Part shown: one piece after another, positions 1-13,652 of the stretch
Layout: each line of letters opens with the position of its first letter
How positions within the stretch are numbered: position 1 is the stretch's first letter
Source: Anaeramoeba ignava BMAN
Taxonomy: Eukaryota > Protista > Anaeramoebae
DNA length: 64,000 nt
Direction: 5' to 3'
NCBI GenBank assembly: GCA_028826165.1
Contig: JAPDFW010000013.1
Span: forward strand, 1 to 64,000
The notes under the pieces: generated by a model
What the model saw: the letters and a program-made list of their open reading frames with translations, nothing else
Database searches by the model: none
What the model was told of the DNA's origin: nothing
Translations under genes and position numbers: made by a program

Positions 1-960
1 ATTTATTTTCAAAAATTTATTTCATAATTTTATTTTCAAAATCTATTTCAAAATTTATTTAAAATTTATTTAAAAATTTATTTCAAATTTATTTAAAAAT
101 TTATTTAAAAATTTATTTATTTAATTCAAAATTTGTTTCAAATCTATTTCAAAATTTATTTCCAAAATTTATTTTAAAAAAATTTATTTAAAAATTTATT
201 TCAAAATTTATTTAAAAATTTATTTCAAAATTTATTTAAAAATTTATTTAAAATTTATTTTAAAATTTATCAAAATTTGATTTCAAAAATTTATTTCAAA
301 ATTTATTTAAAAATTTATTTCAAAATTTATTAAAAATTTATTTCAAAATTTATTTAAAATTTATTTCAAATTTATTTCAAATTTATTTCAAAATTGTTTT
401 AAAATTTATTAAAAATTGTTTCAAAAATTTAATTTAAAAATTTATTTAAAAAATTTATTTAAAATTTATTTCAAAATTTATTTCAAAATTTATTTAAAAA
501 TTTATTTATTTCAAAATTTATTTTAAAATTTAATTCAAAAATTAAAATAGAAAAATTTATTTAAAAATTTATTTAAAAATTTATTTAAAAATTTATTTAA
601 AAATTTATTTTCAAAATTTATTTCAAAATTTATTTAAAAATTTATTTAAAATTCAAAATTTTAAAAATTTAATTAAAAATTTATTTCAAAATTTATTTCA
701 AAAATTTCAAATTTATTTAAAAAATTTATTTCAAAATTTATTTCAAAATTTATTTCAAAATTTATTTAAAAATTTATTTGAAAATTTATTTAAAAATTTA
801 TTTCAAAATTTATTTCAAAATTTATTTCAAAATTTATTTCAAAATTTATTTCAAAATTTATTTAAAAATTTATTTAAAAATTTATTTAAAAATTTATTTC
901 AAAATTTATTTCAAAATTTATTTAAAAATTTAATTCAAAATTTCTTTAAAAATTTAATAG
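1..960. repeat. AT-rich simple tandem repeat, ~12-bp unit (AAAATTTATTTC / AAAAATTTATTT)
   Basis: Degenerate 12-13 bp unit repeated across the whole interval; almost no G. Confidence 0.9.
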
Positions 961-1049
961 AAAATTTCTCTTTTTTTTTCTTTTAAAAATAAAATAATTT
1001 TTTTCATTTTTCATTTTTTCATTTTTTTCATTTCTTTTTATAAATAAAA

Positions 1050-2535
1050 ATGACAAATAATGAAATGATATTAAGCAGTTCAAAAGAAGAAATTATAATA
1101 TGGGAATATCAAACAGGAACAAACATAAAAAAATACAAATCAAGTGGAAGTTTTAAATGTGGATTTACAGACAAACAAATCTACAGTATTCAATCAGAGA
1201 AAACGAACAAAATAACGGTTTGGAATATTGCAAATAATAAACCATTATTCACGAGTAATTTAGCAGAACAAGCAACAAGCCTAACGATTCCAGATCAAGC
1301 AAAAGAATACTGTTTAATTGGAGGAGAAAGCGGGAATATTTATATTTATCACATTTCAACAGGAAGACTTTTGGCGCGATTCAAGCTTCATATCCGAAAA
1401 ATAACACAAATAAAAAGCGCAAAATTCCCAAATGCTTATATTATTATAACAACAGGAGAAGAAGGCTCAATATGCTGTTGGAGCTTAGTAGAGATGATCT
1501 CACTAAGCACTTCAATCATGCAAGAATCAAATTCGGAAATTCAATCACTGATTAAACCTTTAAGAAAATGGACACAACACACACTCCCAGTCTCAGATAT
1601 TTATATAAGCCCCAACGGCAGAATTTACTCGGCTTCTCTTGATAGAACTTCAAAGATCTTTGATATTTATACAGGCGATATGCTCGCATCAATTATTTTC
1701 CCTTCTTATTTAAACAGGATCCTCGTTGACAATAACGAAAGGTTTTTGTATGTAGCCTCAGGAAAAGGCGATGTTTGTCAGGTCAGTTTGTGCGATGATC
1801 TTCAGCTTGGAAATAAAGATATCACTCACTCAAAAATTACAAACTCAACGTTTATTAAAAACTCTTCTGTTGGTCCACAATCACTTACTTTTTTGGATTC
1901 TTCAACAAAACAAATTTTCTCAGGTCATAAAACTTCCGTTTCCGCTATGAATTGTATCCTTGATGGATCCGTTTTAATCACAGGTGATCTCGAAGGAAAT
2001 GTCAAAATTTGGGACACATTCACAAAACAATGTCTTAATACTTTCCAAAAACATAATTCGCAAGTCAATGAAATTTTTCTTAGTCAATTTTGTCCAGAAA
2101 AGAAATTAATGCAGAACTTAATACTATATCTCAAACAAAAGCCAATTCGGGTAATTTCGCTCCTATTAAACCATTTAAAAAACATAACCAATACGAGCAA
2201 GATGTAAAAGGAATGATCCCAATGTTTTTGCCAAATCAAATTTCTTGCAAAATTGATAATGTCATCAAAAATCAAAACTCCCAAAATCAAATTCATCTAA
2301 TTGAACAGTCTTATCAAGAGCTTCTTCATTTTAAAAATTAAGATCAGAAATCAAAGAATCCAAACCACAAGCCCAAAATGATTCCCAAGTTTCAGAAAAT
2401 CTTTCTAATGATGATATAGAGGAAATGAAACAAAAAATACTTCGTTTGGAAGATGAAAATAAAAGATGGAAAACATTAAATAATACTCTATATCAGAAAC
2501 TTTTATCTTTAGAACATTCATCTAAAAATGATTAG
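1050..2535 (+). CDS. WDR18: WD40-repeat protein, WDR18/Ipi3-like (Rix1 complex); two apparent 1-bp homopolymer frameshifts (~2090, ~2337)
   Basis: WD40 repeats (HTLPVSDI..IYSASLDRTSKIFD; GHKTSVSAM..LITGDLEGNVKIWD). Adding one base to each T/A run joins ORFs 1050, 2090 and 2341 into a frame ending in a coiled coil EMKQKILRLEDENKRWKTLN, with TAG at 2533-2535. Confidence 0.75.
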
Positions 2536-2645
2536 AAATTTTCTTGAAATTTTATATTTTTCATAGATTTTATTCAAAAAGAAATAATAATAAAATTCAT
2601 TCTAAAAATCATCTTTTAATTTTTTTGATTGATATTTTTTAATTT

Positions 2646-4099
2646 TTAAATGAAATAAGTTTCAAGTTCATCAACTTCCCAATTATTAAAAGAACCAGCT
2701 AAATAACTTTTAGCTTCATTTGTATTCCATTCAATTCCATTGGGAGGATTATAACTTTCACCCAAATTTGACCAACCAGATTTTAAGTGATGATCTAAAG
2801 CAAGATCAGGATTTATGCCTCCAAAAGTTGAACCATTAAAGAAATAATTATAAAAAATAGCATATTCTCTTTTGTAGCGTTTAATTGTAAATTTTTCCGG
2901 TTTTCTATCTCCTTTATCATTTCTTAATGAAAAAATAAATGCATTTGGATCAATAATCCATCCAGAATAATATTTTCTATTTTTTTCATTCCATTTTGAT
3001 TTATCAATTGTCCATCCAACTTGACTAAATCCTCCAAAAATAAATTTATCTTTTGTTTTGATAATAACTAATGTTTTTCCTTTATCATCAACTTTTGAAT
3101 GCCATTTTTGAGATGAAAATCCATCTCTTTTTGCTGAAAATCCTTTCTTCATATTGGAAAAGAATTCATCATCATTTATCCATTCTTTTAATTTCTTAAC
3201 ATATTCAACATCTTTAATAATTTCGGAATTTTTGAAATTAAATCTTGTTTTGAAAATGAATGAATTTTCTTTTTCTTTTTCTTTTTCAATAAATTGATTT
3301 AATCTTTTTTCATTTTGTTGAAGGTCTTGGAATTCAGTTAATTTTTGTGAAATTTGAATTGGAATTAATTCTTCTTTCAAAATATCTTCGAGTTCTTTAT
3401 CGGAGAAATCAATAAATCTGATTTTTTGAATAATATTTGAAATTTGATCTTGGATTTGTTCTTTTTCTTTTTTTTCAAGTTTTTGATTTTCTTTTTCTTG
3501 ATTAATGTTTGATTTATATTTTCCCCATTTTATTATTGATTGAAAAAGTTCAAATTCATTTATTAAAATATTATTATTTGATAATATTGAATTTAAATGA
3601 TTTTCTTCAAGTTCAAGAAAAAATGAAGTTTTAATAAATTCATTAAAATTTTCTAAAAGAAATTGATAAGAATAATCTATTAATTTAGTTAAGTTCATTG
3701 CTTCAGATAGTTTAAGAATATCAACAATAGTTTCAAATTGTAAATTATTTTTGATAAAATTTGAAGAAGTTTCAATTAATTCATCAATTAAATATTTTGA
3801 TGAAAAAATTAAAATTTGAATTGCATTTTCTAAATTAATTTCAATTTTTCCTGAATAAAAATAATTCAAAATTGAAGATAGAATTGAACTTGAAACATCT
3901 TTTAGAATTAATTTATTCTCTTGATATTCTTTCATTTTAGAATTAAAAGTTTAAAATATTGATTTATGAGTTTTAAAATGAAATTTTATTTTGTTCACAA
4001 ATTATTTCAAAATCAAAATAACTTTCTTTTTCTTTTTCTTTTTGATTTTGATTTTGAAATAAATTTTTGAAGTTTTTCTAAATTTAAATAAGTTTCCAT
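2646..4099 (-). CDS. BTB-BACK-TLDc protein; the 5' end (3936-4099) carries multi-base deletions relative to its paralogue, so possibly a pseudogene
   Basis: ORF 2646-3935 has the BTB C-half, BACK and TLDc (GFSAKRDGFS..GKTLVIIKT..FIFGGF..WEVDELETY). Upstream DNA matches the paralogue start METYLNLEKL at 4099 but lacks the segment encoding LSSRSE. Confidence 0.75.
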
Positions 4100-4229
4100 T
4101 TCAAAATTTGAAATGAAAAATGAACTTTCTTTTGAAATTTTTCATTTAAATTTTTATTTTTAAATAAATTTTTAAATTATTTATTTAAAAATAATATAAA
4201 ATTATTTCCATTTTATTTAAAAAATGAAA

Positions 4230-4620
4230 AATGAAATCAAGAATATTAAATAATTCAATTTCAAATTAATTCTATCTTATATATTTATTAATATTTATTT
4301 ATTTAAAATAATATAAATTTATTCCCAATGATTTAATAAAATTAATAAAATATTTTAATTAATTTATTTCAAAAATAAAATAATTCAATTTCAAATTAAT
4401 TCTATTTTTATATTTTATTAATATTTTATTTAAAATAATATAAAATTATTCCCAATATTTTAATAAAATTAATTTTTAATTAATTTATTTCAAAATGAAA
4501 TCAAGAATATTAAAAAATTCAATTTCAAATTAATTCTATTTTTATATATTTTATTAATATTTCTTTATTTAAAATAATATAAATTATTCCCAATAATTTA
4601 ATAAAATTAAAAAGAAAGTT
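4230..4620. repeat. ~145-bp AT-rich tandem repeat (3 units) 3' of a TLDc gene
   Basis: Repeated ...aattcaatttcaaattaattctat...attcccaat... units; homologous to 6460-6870 and 47165-47720. Confidence 0.75.
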
Positions 4621-4927
4621 GAAATATTTTGATAAAGAAAAAAATTCAATTTTAATAATTTTGAACAATAAATTTTAATTAAATTGATTTATTTTTATAT
4701 TTTAATTAATGAATTTAAATTTAATTATTATTAATTTCTATTTTTAATTTTTATTTTTGTTTATTATTTTTTTCATTTTGTTAATTAAATTTTTAATAAT
4801 ATTTTTAAATTAATTCGAAATTATTTAAAATTAAAATTGTTTCTTATTTATTAATTTGAAGAATTTAATTTGATTGAAAATAAAATAAAATTGAATTGAA
4901 TTTTGAAAAAAATGGAAAAAAAAGATT

Positions 4928-6414
4928 TTAAATAAAATAAGTTTCAAGTTCATCAACTTCCCATGAATCATAAGAACCAGCTAAATAACTTTTAGCTTCA
5001 TTTGTATTCCATTCAATTCTATTAGGTAGATAATAACTATATCCCAAATTTGAATAGCCAGATTTTAAATGATGATCTAAAGCAAGATCAGGATAAACCC
5101 GAATCCCAAAAAATGGACCATTGTAGAGATAATCATAATAAATTGCATTTTTAGGATGTTTAATGATAATTTTTTCCGGTTTTCTATGACTTTTATCATT
5201 TCTTAATGAAAAAATAAATGCATTTGGATCAATAATAGATCCAAAATAATATTTTCTATTTTCTTCATTCCATTTTGATTTATCAGTTGTCCATCCAACT
5301 TGACTAAATCCTCCAAAAATAAAATTATCTTTTGTTTTGATAATAACTAATGTTTTTCCTTTATTATCAACTTTTAAATGCCAATTTTGAGATGAAAATC
5401 CATCTCTTTTTGCTGAAAATCCTTTTTTCATTTTGGAAAAGAATTCATTATCATTTATCCATTCTTTTAATTTCTTAACATATTCAACATCTTTAATAAT
5501 TTCGGAAGAAATTAAACCCAATTTTGTTTTGAAAATTAATGAATTTTCTTTTTCATTTTCAATAAATTGATTTAATCTTTTTTCATTTTGTTGATCATTT
5601 CGAAGAATTTGGAAATAAATTAATTTTTGTGAAATTTGAATTGGAATTAATTCTTCTTTCAAAATATCTTCGAGTTCTTTATCGGAGAAATCAATAAATC
5701 TGATTTTTGAATAATATTTGAAATTTGATCTTGGATTTGTTCTTTTTCTTTTTTTTCAAGTTTTTGGTTTTCTTTTTCTTGATTAATGTTTGATTTATAT
5801 TTTCCCCATTTTATTATTGTTTGAAAAAGTTCAAATTCATTTATTAAAATATTATTATTTGATAATATTGAATTTAAATGATTTTCTTCAAGTTCAAGAA
5901 AAAATGAAGTTTTAATAAATTCATTAAAATTTTCTAAAAGAAATTGATAAGAATAATCTATTAATTTAGTTAAGTTCATTGCTTCAGATAGTTTAAGAAT
6001 ATCAACAATAGTTTCAAATTGTAAATTATTTTTGATAAAATTTGAAGAAGTTTCAATTAATTCATCAATTAAATATTTTGATGAAAAAATTAAAATTTGA
6101 ATTGCATTTTCTAAATTAATTTCAATTTTTCCTGAATAAAAATAATTCAAAATTGAAGATAGAATTGAACTTGAAACATCTTTTAGAATTAATTTATTCT
6201 CTTGATATTCTTTAATTTTTGAATTAAAAAGAGATTTAAAATATTCACTTCTTGATGAAAGAATTGATTTATGAGTTTTAAATGAAATTTTATTTTGTTC
6301 ACAAATTATTTCAAAATCAAAATAACTTTCTTTTTCTTTTTCATTTTGATTTTGATTTTGAAATAAATTTTTTAAATCATTTGAAAGTTTTTCTAAATTT
6401 AAATAAGTTTCCAT
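4928..6414 (-). CDS. BTB-BACK-TLDc protein (one frameshift at ~5705)
   Basis: ORFs 5659-6414 (BTB: FDFEIICEQ..FKTHKSILSSRSEYF) and 4928-5662 (TLDc) join if the A5 run is A6, as it is in the near-identical paralogue (IIQKIRFIDF). Confidence 0.85.
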
Positions 6415-6459
6415 TTTATTTAAAAATTTGAAATGAAAAAAATGAAAAAAATGAAAAAA

Positions 6460-6870
6460 ATGAAATCAAGAATATTAAATAATTCAATTTAAAATTAATT
6501 CTATCTTTATATATTTTATTAATATTTCTTTATTTAAAATAATATAAATTTATTCCCAATAATTTAATGAAATTAATAAAATCTTTTAATTAATTTATTT
6601 CAAAAATGAAATCAAGAATATTAAATAATTCAATTTCAAATTAATTTTATTTTATATATTTTATTAATATTTCTTTATTTAAAATAATATAAAATTATTC
6701 CCAATAATTTAATGAAATTAATAAAATATTTTAATTAATTTATTTCAAAAATGAAATCAAGAATATTAAATAATTCAATTTCAAATTAATTCTATCTTAT
6801 ACATTTATTAATATTTCTTTATTTAAAATAATATAAATTTATTCCCAATAATTTAATAAATTTGAAAAGA
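6460..6870. repeat. ~145-bp AT-rich tandem repeat (3 units)
   Basis: Same unit as 4230-4620. Confidence 0.75.
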
Positions 6871-7182
6871 AAGTTGAAATATTTTGATAAAGAAAAAAAT
6901 TCAATTTTAATAATTTTGAAAAATAAATTTTAATTAAATTGTTTTATTTTTATATTTTAATGAATGAATTTAAATTTAATTATTATTAATTTCTATTATT
7001 AATTTTTAATTTTGTTTATTATTTTGTTTATTTGTTAATTAAATTTTTAATAATATTTTTAAATTAATTCGAAATTATTTAAAATTAAAATTGTTTCTTA
7101 TTTGTTAATTTGAAGAATTTTATTTGATTGAAAATAAAATAAAATTGAATTGAATTTTGAAAAAAAATGAAAAAAAAAGTTT

Positions 7183-8859
7183 TTAAATAAAATAAGTTTC
7201 AAGTTCATCAACAACCCATGAATTATAAGAACCAGCTAAATAAATTTTAGCTTCATTTGTATTATAAGTAATTCCATTAGGTAGATTATAACTATGCCCA
7301 AAATTTGAATAACCAAGTTGTAAATTAGATTTCAAATATAAATCATGACCTCCTCCAAAAATTGGACCATATGTTATTCCAGACCAAATTGAATTTCCTT
7401 CTTTTCCTTGTTTAATTGTAAACTTTTCAGGATTTCTATCTCCTTTATCATTTCTTAATGAAAAAATAAATGCTTGAGATTCACTCTTAAATCCTCCAGT
7501 TGATTGAAATCCAATTTGAGTAAAACCTCCAAAAATAAAATTATCTTTTGTTTTGATAATAACTAATGTTTTTCCTTTATTATCACAAATTGAATGCCAA
7601 TTTTGAGATGAAAATCCATCTCTTTTTGCTGAAAATCCTTTTTTCATTTTAGAAAAAAAATCATTATCATTTATCCATTCTTGTAATTTCTTAACATATT
7701 CAATATCTTGAACAATTTCTGAATCTTCAAATGCTTTTCCCAATTCTTTCATTTGTTGTTCATATTCCAAATCTTTTTGATATTGATCTCGATATTTATC
7801 AAAAATAGGTTTCATTTCTTGATTCTCTTTTTCTTTCTTTTCAATTTCAATTTTTATTTGTTGATTTTCTTTTTCTTTGTTTTCAACCTCTTTCTTCCAT
7901 TTATCTTCAATTTTTTTCTTCCATTTCTCTTCAATTTTCTTGTTATTCTTTGCAATTTGTTTATATTTGTCTTGAATAACTTTGTTTTGAATATCAACTA
8001 AAAAATATTTTGGAAGAAAAATTTGAAATTGTTTTAATTTATCAAAATCTTGTTTTGAAATTGAATCTTTATCAAATAATGAAAAAAAAGAATGAAATAA
8101 TCTTTTCTTTTCAATTTCTTTTTCAATTTCTTTCTTTCCTTTTAATCTTTCATTTCTTTTTTCAATCCAATTATTTAAAAATTGAAAAAAATCAAATTGA
8201 AAAATTTCTTTTTTTTCTTGTTTAAATTGAATAAATTTGATAATTTCTTCTTTAGTTAAATTGAATAAATTCTCATTATTTTGAATTTGGGAAAAATTTT
8301 GATTTATTAATTCAAAACATTTTATTTCAATTTCATTTAAATTTAAATTTCGATTTTGGAATAAAAATTGGAAAAAATTTGAATAATTAATTGAATTTAA
8401 AATTTTTTTTTGAATAATTTCTTTCAATAAATTTAATTTAAAATAAATTGAAATTTCCAATAATTGAATAAGATTTTCTTGATTCTCAAAAGAAATATTC
8501 CCATAATAAATATAACTTAAAATTGATTCCATTTCTTTTTTATTAAATTGTTTTAAAAAAATTTTATCAATATCGTTGTGTTCTCTTAAAACCTTGTTAA
8601 AAAAAGGAGATCTTGAAGATAAAATTGATTTATGAACTTTAATTTCAAAAGGATTTGATTTATTCTCAACAAAAATTGAAAAATCTGTAAATGAATTTCC
8701 ATTTAAAAGGTTTGAATAATCTTTAATTAAATTTTTTGTTACTTTTTTTTCTAAATTTTTCATTTCATTTTCATTTTCATTTTGATTTGCATTTTCAATT
8801 TGGTTTTGATTTTGATTATTATTATTGTTATTGTTATTGTTATTGTTATTGTTATTCAT
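7183..8859 (-). CDS. BTB-coiled coil-TLDc protein
   Basis: Intact 558-aa ORF: poly-N start, BTB (FTDFSIFVE..IKVHKSILSSRSPFF), coiled coil, C-terminal TLDc. Confidence 0.88.
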   Translation of the reverse strand: MNNNNNNNNNNNNNNQNQNQIENANQNENENEMKNLEKKVTKNLIKDYSNLLNGNSFTDFSIFVENKSNPFEIKVHKSILSSRSPFFNKVLREHNDIDKIFLKQFNKKEMESILSYIYYGNISFENQENLIQLLEISIYFKLNLLKEIIQKKILNSINYSNFFQFLFQNRNLNLNEIEIKCFELINQNFSQIQNNENLFNLTKEEIIKFIQFKQEKKEIFQFDFFQFLNNWIEKRNERLKGKKEIEKEIEKKRLFHSFFSLFDKDSISKQDFDKLKQFQIFLPKYFLVDIQNKVIQDKYKQIAKNNKKIEEKWKKKIEDKWKKEVENKEKENQQIKIEIEKKEKENQEMKPIFDKYRDQYQKDLEYEQQMKELGKAFEDSEIVQDIEYVKKLQEWINDNDFFSKMKKGFSAKRDGFSSQNWHSICDNKGKTLVIIKTKDNFIFGGFTQIGFQSTGGFKSESQAFIFSLRNDKGDRNPEKFTIKQGKEGNSIWSGITYGPIFGGGHDLYLKSNLQLGYSNFGHSYNLPNGITYNTNEAKIYLAGSYNSWVVDELETYFI

Positions 8860-9009
8860 TTTGTTTTTTGTTGTTTAAAAAAGAAAAAAATGGAAATTGG
8901 AATTTGAAAAAAAAAATATTTTTTTTGTTTTTTTTTTTGGAAATTAAATTTATATAAAAAATGAGAATAGATTTAAATTAATAATTAATTTAATTTTCTT
9001 TTTAATTTA

Positions 9010-10060
9010 TTATTTTAAATTAATTTATTAATTAATACTAAATTAAATTTATTCTTATTTTTTATATTTATATGTTAAATATTTTTAAATAATAAAATAT
9101 TTAAATCTAAAACAATAAATTATTATTTTAATAATAAAATTAAATATTAAATTATATTTTTAAATTAATTTATTAATTAAATATTAAATTAAACCTATTC
9201 TTATTTTTATATTTATATGCTAAATATTTAAATAATAAAATATTTAAATATAAAACAATAAATTATTATTCTAATAATAAAATTAAATATTAAATTATAT
9301 TTTTAAATTAATTTATTAATTAAATATTAAATTAAATCTATTCCCATTTTTATATTTATATGTTAAATATTGAAATAATAAAATATTTAAATCTAAAACA
9401 ATAAATTATTATTTTAACATAAAATTAAATATTAAATTATATTTTCAAATTAATTTATTAATTAAATATTAAATTAAATCTATTCCCATTTTTATATTTT
9501 TATGTTAAATATTTAAATAATAAAATATTTAAATCTAAATCAATAAATTATTATTTTAATAATAGAATTAAATATTAAATTATATTTTTAAATTAATTTA
9601 TTAATTAATATTAAATTAAATCTATTCCCATTTTATATTTTATATGTTAAATATTTAAATAATAAAATATTTAAATCTAAAACAATAAATTATTATTTTA
9701 AACATAAAATTAAATATTAAATTATATTTTTAAATTATTTTATAAATTAATATTAAATTAAATCTATTCTTATTTTTATATTTATATGTTAAATATTTAA
9801 ATAATAAAATATTTAAATCTAAAACATTAAATTATTATTTTAAACATAAAATTAAATATTAAATTATTATTTTAAATTAATTTATTAATTAATATTAAAT
9901 TAAATCTATTCTTATTTTTTATATTTATATGTTAAATATTGAAATAATAAAATATTTAAATCTAAAACAATAAATTAATATTTTAATAATAAAATTAAAT
10001 ATTAAATTATATTTTTAAATTAATTTATTAATTAAATATTAAATTAAACCTATTCTTATT
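9010..10060. repeat. ~143-bp AT-rich satellite, ~7 units, 5' of a TLDc gene
   Basis: Anchor 'ttatatgttaaatat' recurs at ~9069, 9213, 9356, 9499, 9641, 9782 and 9925. Confidence 0.85.
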
Positions 10061-10316
10061 TTTCTTAAAAAATTGAAGAGAAAAATTGAAAAAAAAAACA
10101 AAATTAAAAAATTAAAAAAATTTCAATTCCTAAATTTAAATTAATTTCCAAATAAATTATAAATTGATTGTTTAATTAAAAATGGAGAATTTTTTAAAGA
10201 GAAAAAAAAAAGAAAAAAGTTTAAAAGAGAAAAAATTTTTAATTCATTTTTTTTAATTCATTTTTTTTTTAATTAATTTTTTTTGTTTGTTAATTAATTT
10301 TGTTTGTTAAAATAAA

Positions 10317-11983
10317 ATGGAAGCAGAGTATTGGGATATTGAAATGAAAGAAACACAAACACAAGCAAAAGAAACAAAAACAAAAAAAGCATTATTAGCA
10401 TCATTAAATCCAAGTTTTTCAACAATAAAAATAGAGAAAAATGAGATCAAAATAGGAAGAGGTTCAAGTTGTGATTTTATTATAAATGATCCACATATAA
10501 GTGACATACATTGTATTATTTCCAAAAATAATTCAAGTGGTGCTTATTATGTTAAGGATTTAAGTACAAATGGAACATTTATTCAATCTGAAAAAATTGG
10601 AAAAAATAATTCAAGAATAATTAATCATGGTGATGAATTAGTTTTATTTTATGGCAATTCTCGAAAACAAAATGATTCAAATAGTATTATTTCTTATATC
10701 TTTGTTGAACCTTCTCAGCAATCACCAAAATTTGACTTTATGTATATTTATCAATCAAATATATATAAAATATTTAAAAATATTCAAAAATATTCAAAAA
10801 TATTTAAAAATCAAATATTCAAAAATATTCAATTCAAAAATATATAAATCAAAAATATTCAAAAATATTCAATTCAAAAATATTCAATTTAAAAATATTT
10901 AAAAATATTCAATTTAAAAATATTCAATTTAAAAATATTCAATTTAAAAATATTCAAAAATATTTTATATATTTAAAAATATTTTTTTTATCAAAGAACT
11001 GAAATGGAAGAAGATGAAATTGGAAAATTATACTCATGCCAAAAAAAACTTGGAGAAGGTTGCTTTGGAACTGTTTATTCAGGAATAAGAAAATCAGATG
11101 GATTTCCATGCGCTTTAAAAGTAATTTCCAAAGAAAAAGCAAATCAACAAGGAGCAATGGATACAATTTTAGATGAAGTTTACATTCTTCAATCAATAAA
11201 TCATCATAATATTGTATCAGTTTATGATGTTTTTGATTCTGAAAATTATGTAGTTTTAGTTCTTGAACTTGTAACTGGAGGAGAACTTTTGGATTTGATA
11301 GCAAAATCAACTTTGAATGAAGAAGAAGCACTTTTTCTTTTTTACCAAATCTTAACTGCAATTAGTTATCTTCATAAAAATGGAATTGCTCATCGTGATT
11401 TGAAACCGGAAAATATCCTCTTGAAAAAAGATTCAACTCCTCACATCAAAATAACTGATTTTGGAATATCAAAAGTAGTCAATGAACAAAAATTAATGAA
11501 AACCATTTGTGGAACTCCTTTGTATTTAGCACCTGAAATGTTGATTTATCCTGACCAAGGATATACATTTGCTGTTGATATGTGGTCAGCAGGAATAATT
11601 CTCTATCAACTGTATTTTCAGGAAATTAAACAAAAATGATTTATTATTGAATTTTTAATTGATTTTTTTTTGTTCCACTTTTTTTGTTCCACTTTTTTTT
11701 TGAAATTAGTTTAACTGGTGTTACTCCTTTTAATTTCTCTTTTTTTCCAAATACTCCTTTTGAAATTCAATCTTTTTATTCAAAAATTGATTTTGATTCA
11801 AATAGTTTACCTAAAATTTCAGATTCTGCAAAGGATTTAGTTAGAAATCTTCTTAAAGTTAATCCAAATCAAAGATTAACTGCAGATCAAGCTTTGAATC
11901 ATCCTTGGATTAAATCAAATCGAGAAAAATTAGAATCATTAAATAGTTCAAAACCAAGCAAAAAACCAACAATTAAAATTTAA
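10317..11983 (+). CDS. FHA-domain Ser/Thr kinase, Chk2/Cds1-like; exons 10317-10741, 10997-11611, 11710-11983
   Basis: N-terminal TQTQ, FHA ([19 protein letters not shown]), kinase motifs [28 protein letters not shown]. Two frame-preserving GT-AG introns (10742-10996, 11612-11709). Confidence 0.88.
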
Positions 11984-12020
11984 TTTCATTTTTTTTTTTA
12001 ATTTCAATTTTACTTTATTT

Positions 12021-13499
12021 TTAATTTACAGAATAAAAAGAAAAGTAAAATAAATGAAGATTCCATTGATTTCTTATTAAATTTTCTTTTAATTTGGGAA
12101 ATATTTTTTCAATTTGATTTTTGTGTTTAAATTGATTATAAGAAATCAATAAAAAATAAATCAAACCAAAACTTAAATTGGGATTTTCTAAGTTTTGGAT
12201 AAATTTAAGATTGAGTTTGAATTTATCTTTTAAAAATAGATCAGAAATATGAATAATAATATTTTTGTTATTATTATTATTTAAAGATTGAGCTAAATTG
12301 AGAAATTGATCAAGAAATTCAAGCAAAATGATGTTTTCTTGTTTTTGCTTTTTTGAAAAAGTAATTTTTTGAATTGCAAAAATAATCCAATGATAAAACA
12401 ATAATAAAATGAAAAGTAATTTTCTTTTGCTTTGCTTTAAGTTGAGATTATTTTGTATTTCCTGAATAATAAATTTAAGTGAAACAATATTTGGATCAGC
12501 AAACAATAATGAAATCAAGGATCTATAAGAAGGAAAAGGAAAATAGGAATTCAAAGGTATTGTGTTATTTGATTGATTGAATTTTTGGAGGAACTTGATA
12601 ACTAATTGATTAAAAATGATCACAAAAGAAACATTTTTTTCGTTTATCAAAGAATAAAACATTTTTTGAACATTATGCAAAAGAATAGGATTGTGAATAA
12701 ATGCTGTTGAAAGTTGATCCAAAAACTGCAAAAATTCTTCTTGTTTTGATTTTCTTCTCAGATTCTTTTGAATTCCAATTATCAAAAAATTCTCCAAAAA
12801 GATCAGATAAATTTTCCATTTGTTTTTTGATTAAATGAGGATCTGAAGAAATGAAATCAATAAAATATTCTGGTGAAGTTTTGCGATAATTAAAAAATTC
12901 TGGGAATAATGCTGTTGATTTTGGATTGACAGATAAAATATCCATAAATTTCGGTTTTGAAAATAGATTATTTGAGAGAATTTGAAATTTTTTTGAATCA
13001 ATTGATTTGAGAAAATTTTCATTAATAATTTGAGGTTTTGTTTCTAATAATTGATTCATTGTTTCATCTTCAATTTCTTTTGAAGAAATTCCCAAACTTC
13101 TTGCAATTTGTTTTGAGGAAGTATTTGAATTTGAAATGTTTTTATATAAAATTTGGAAAAGAATTTCAAAAAAACTTTGTTTTGTTTTGTTTTAAATTTT
13201 TATAAATGAATATTTTCTTGAAATTTTTAAATTGGATTTATTTATTTTTTTTACTCAGAAGTTGTTTCATTTAATTCAAAATTAAATTTGTTTAAATTTT
13301 CAAGAATAAATGAAATGAAAGGATTGAAAAATTCTTTATCAATTTGATTTAAAGGATCTAAAAAAATTGAATTTAAATCATTTAAAGAAATTAAATCATT
13401 TTCATTTAAATTTTGTAAATATTTTTGTTGATTTTGAGAAAGAATTGAAAAAATTTTTGGATTTAAAAAAAATTGAATTAAAGAACAATTTAAATTCAT
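12021..13499 (-). CDS. Hypothetical helical protein; intron 13175-13254, probable frameshift near 12790
   Basis: ORF 13251-13499 splices in frame (ga|gtaa...caaag|t) to ORF 12673-13095, which overlaps ORF 12021-12797 in another frame. No family recognised. Confidence 0.5.
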
Positions 13500-13652
13500 T
13501 CAAAAAAAAAAGAAATGAAAAAAATGAAAAAAAATGAATTTAAAAATTTTGTTTTTTTTTAATAAAAAAAAATAAGAAAAAAAATAAAAAGTTTGGAAAC
13601 AGGAATTGAAAAGTAAACAACAATAAAAAATATTGGGGAGTTTTTATAGAGT

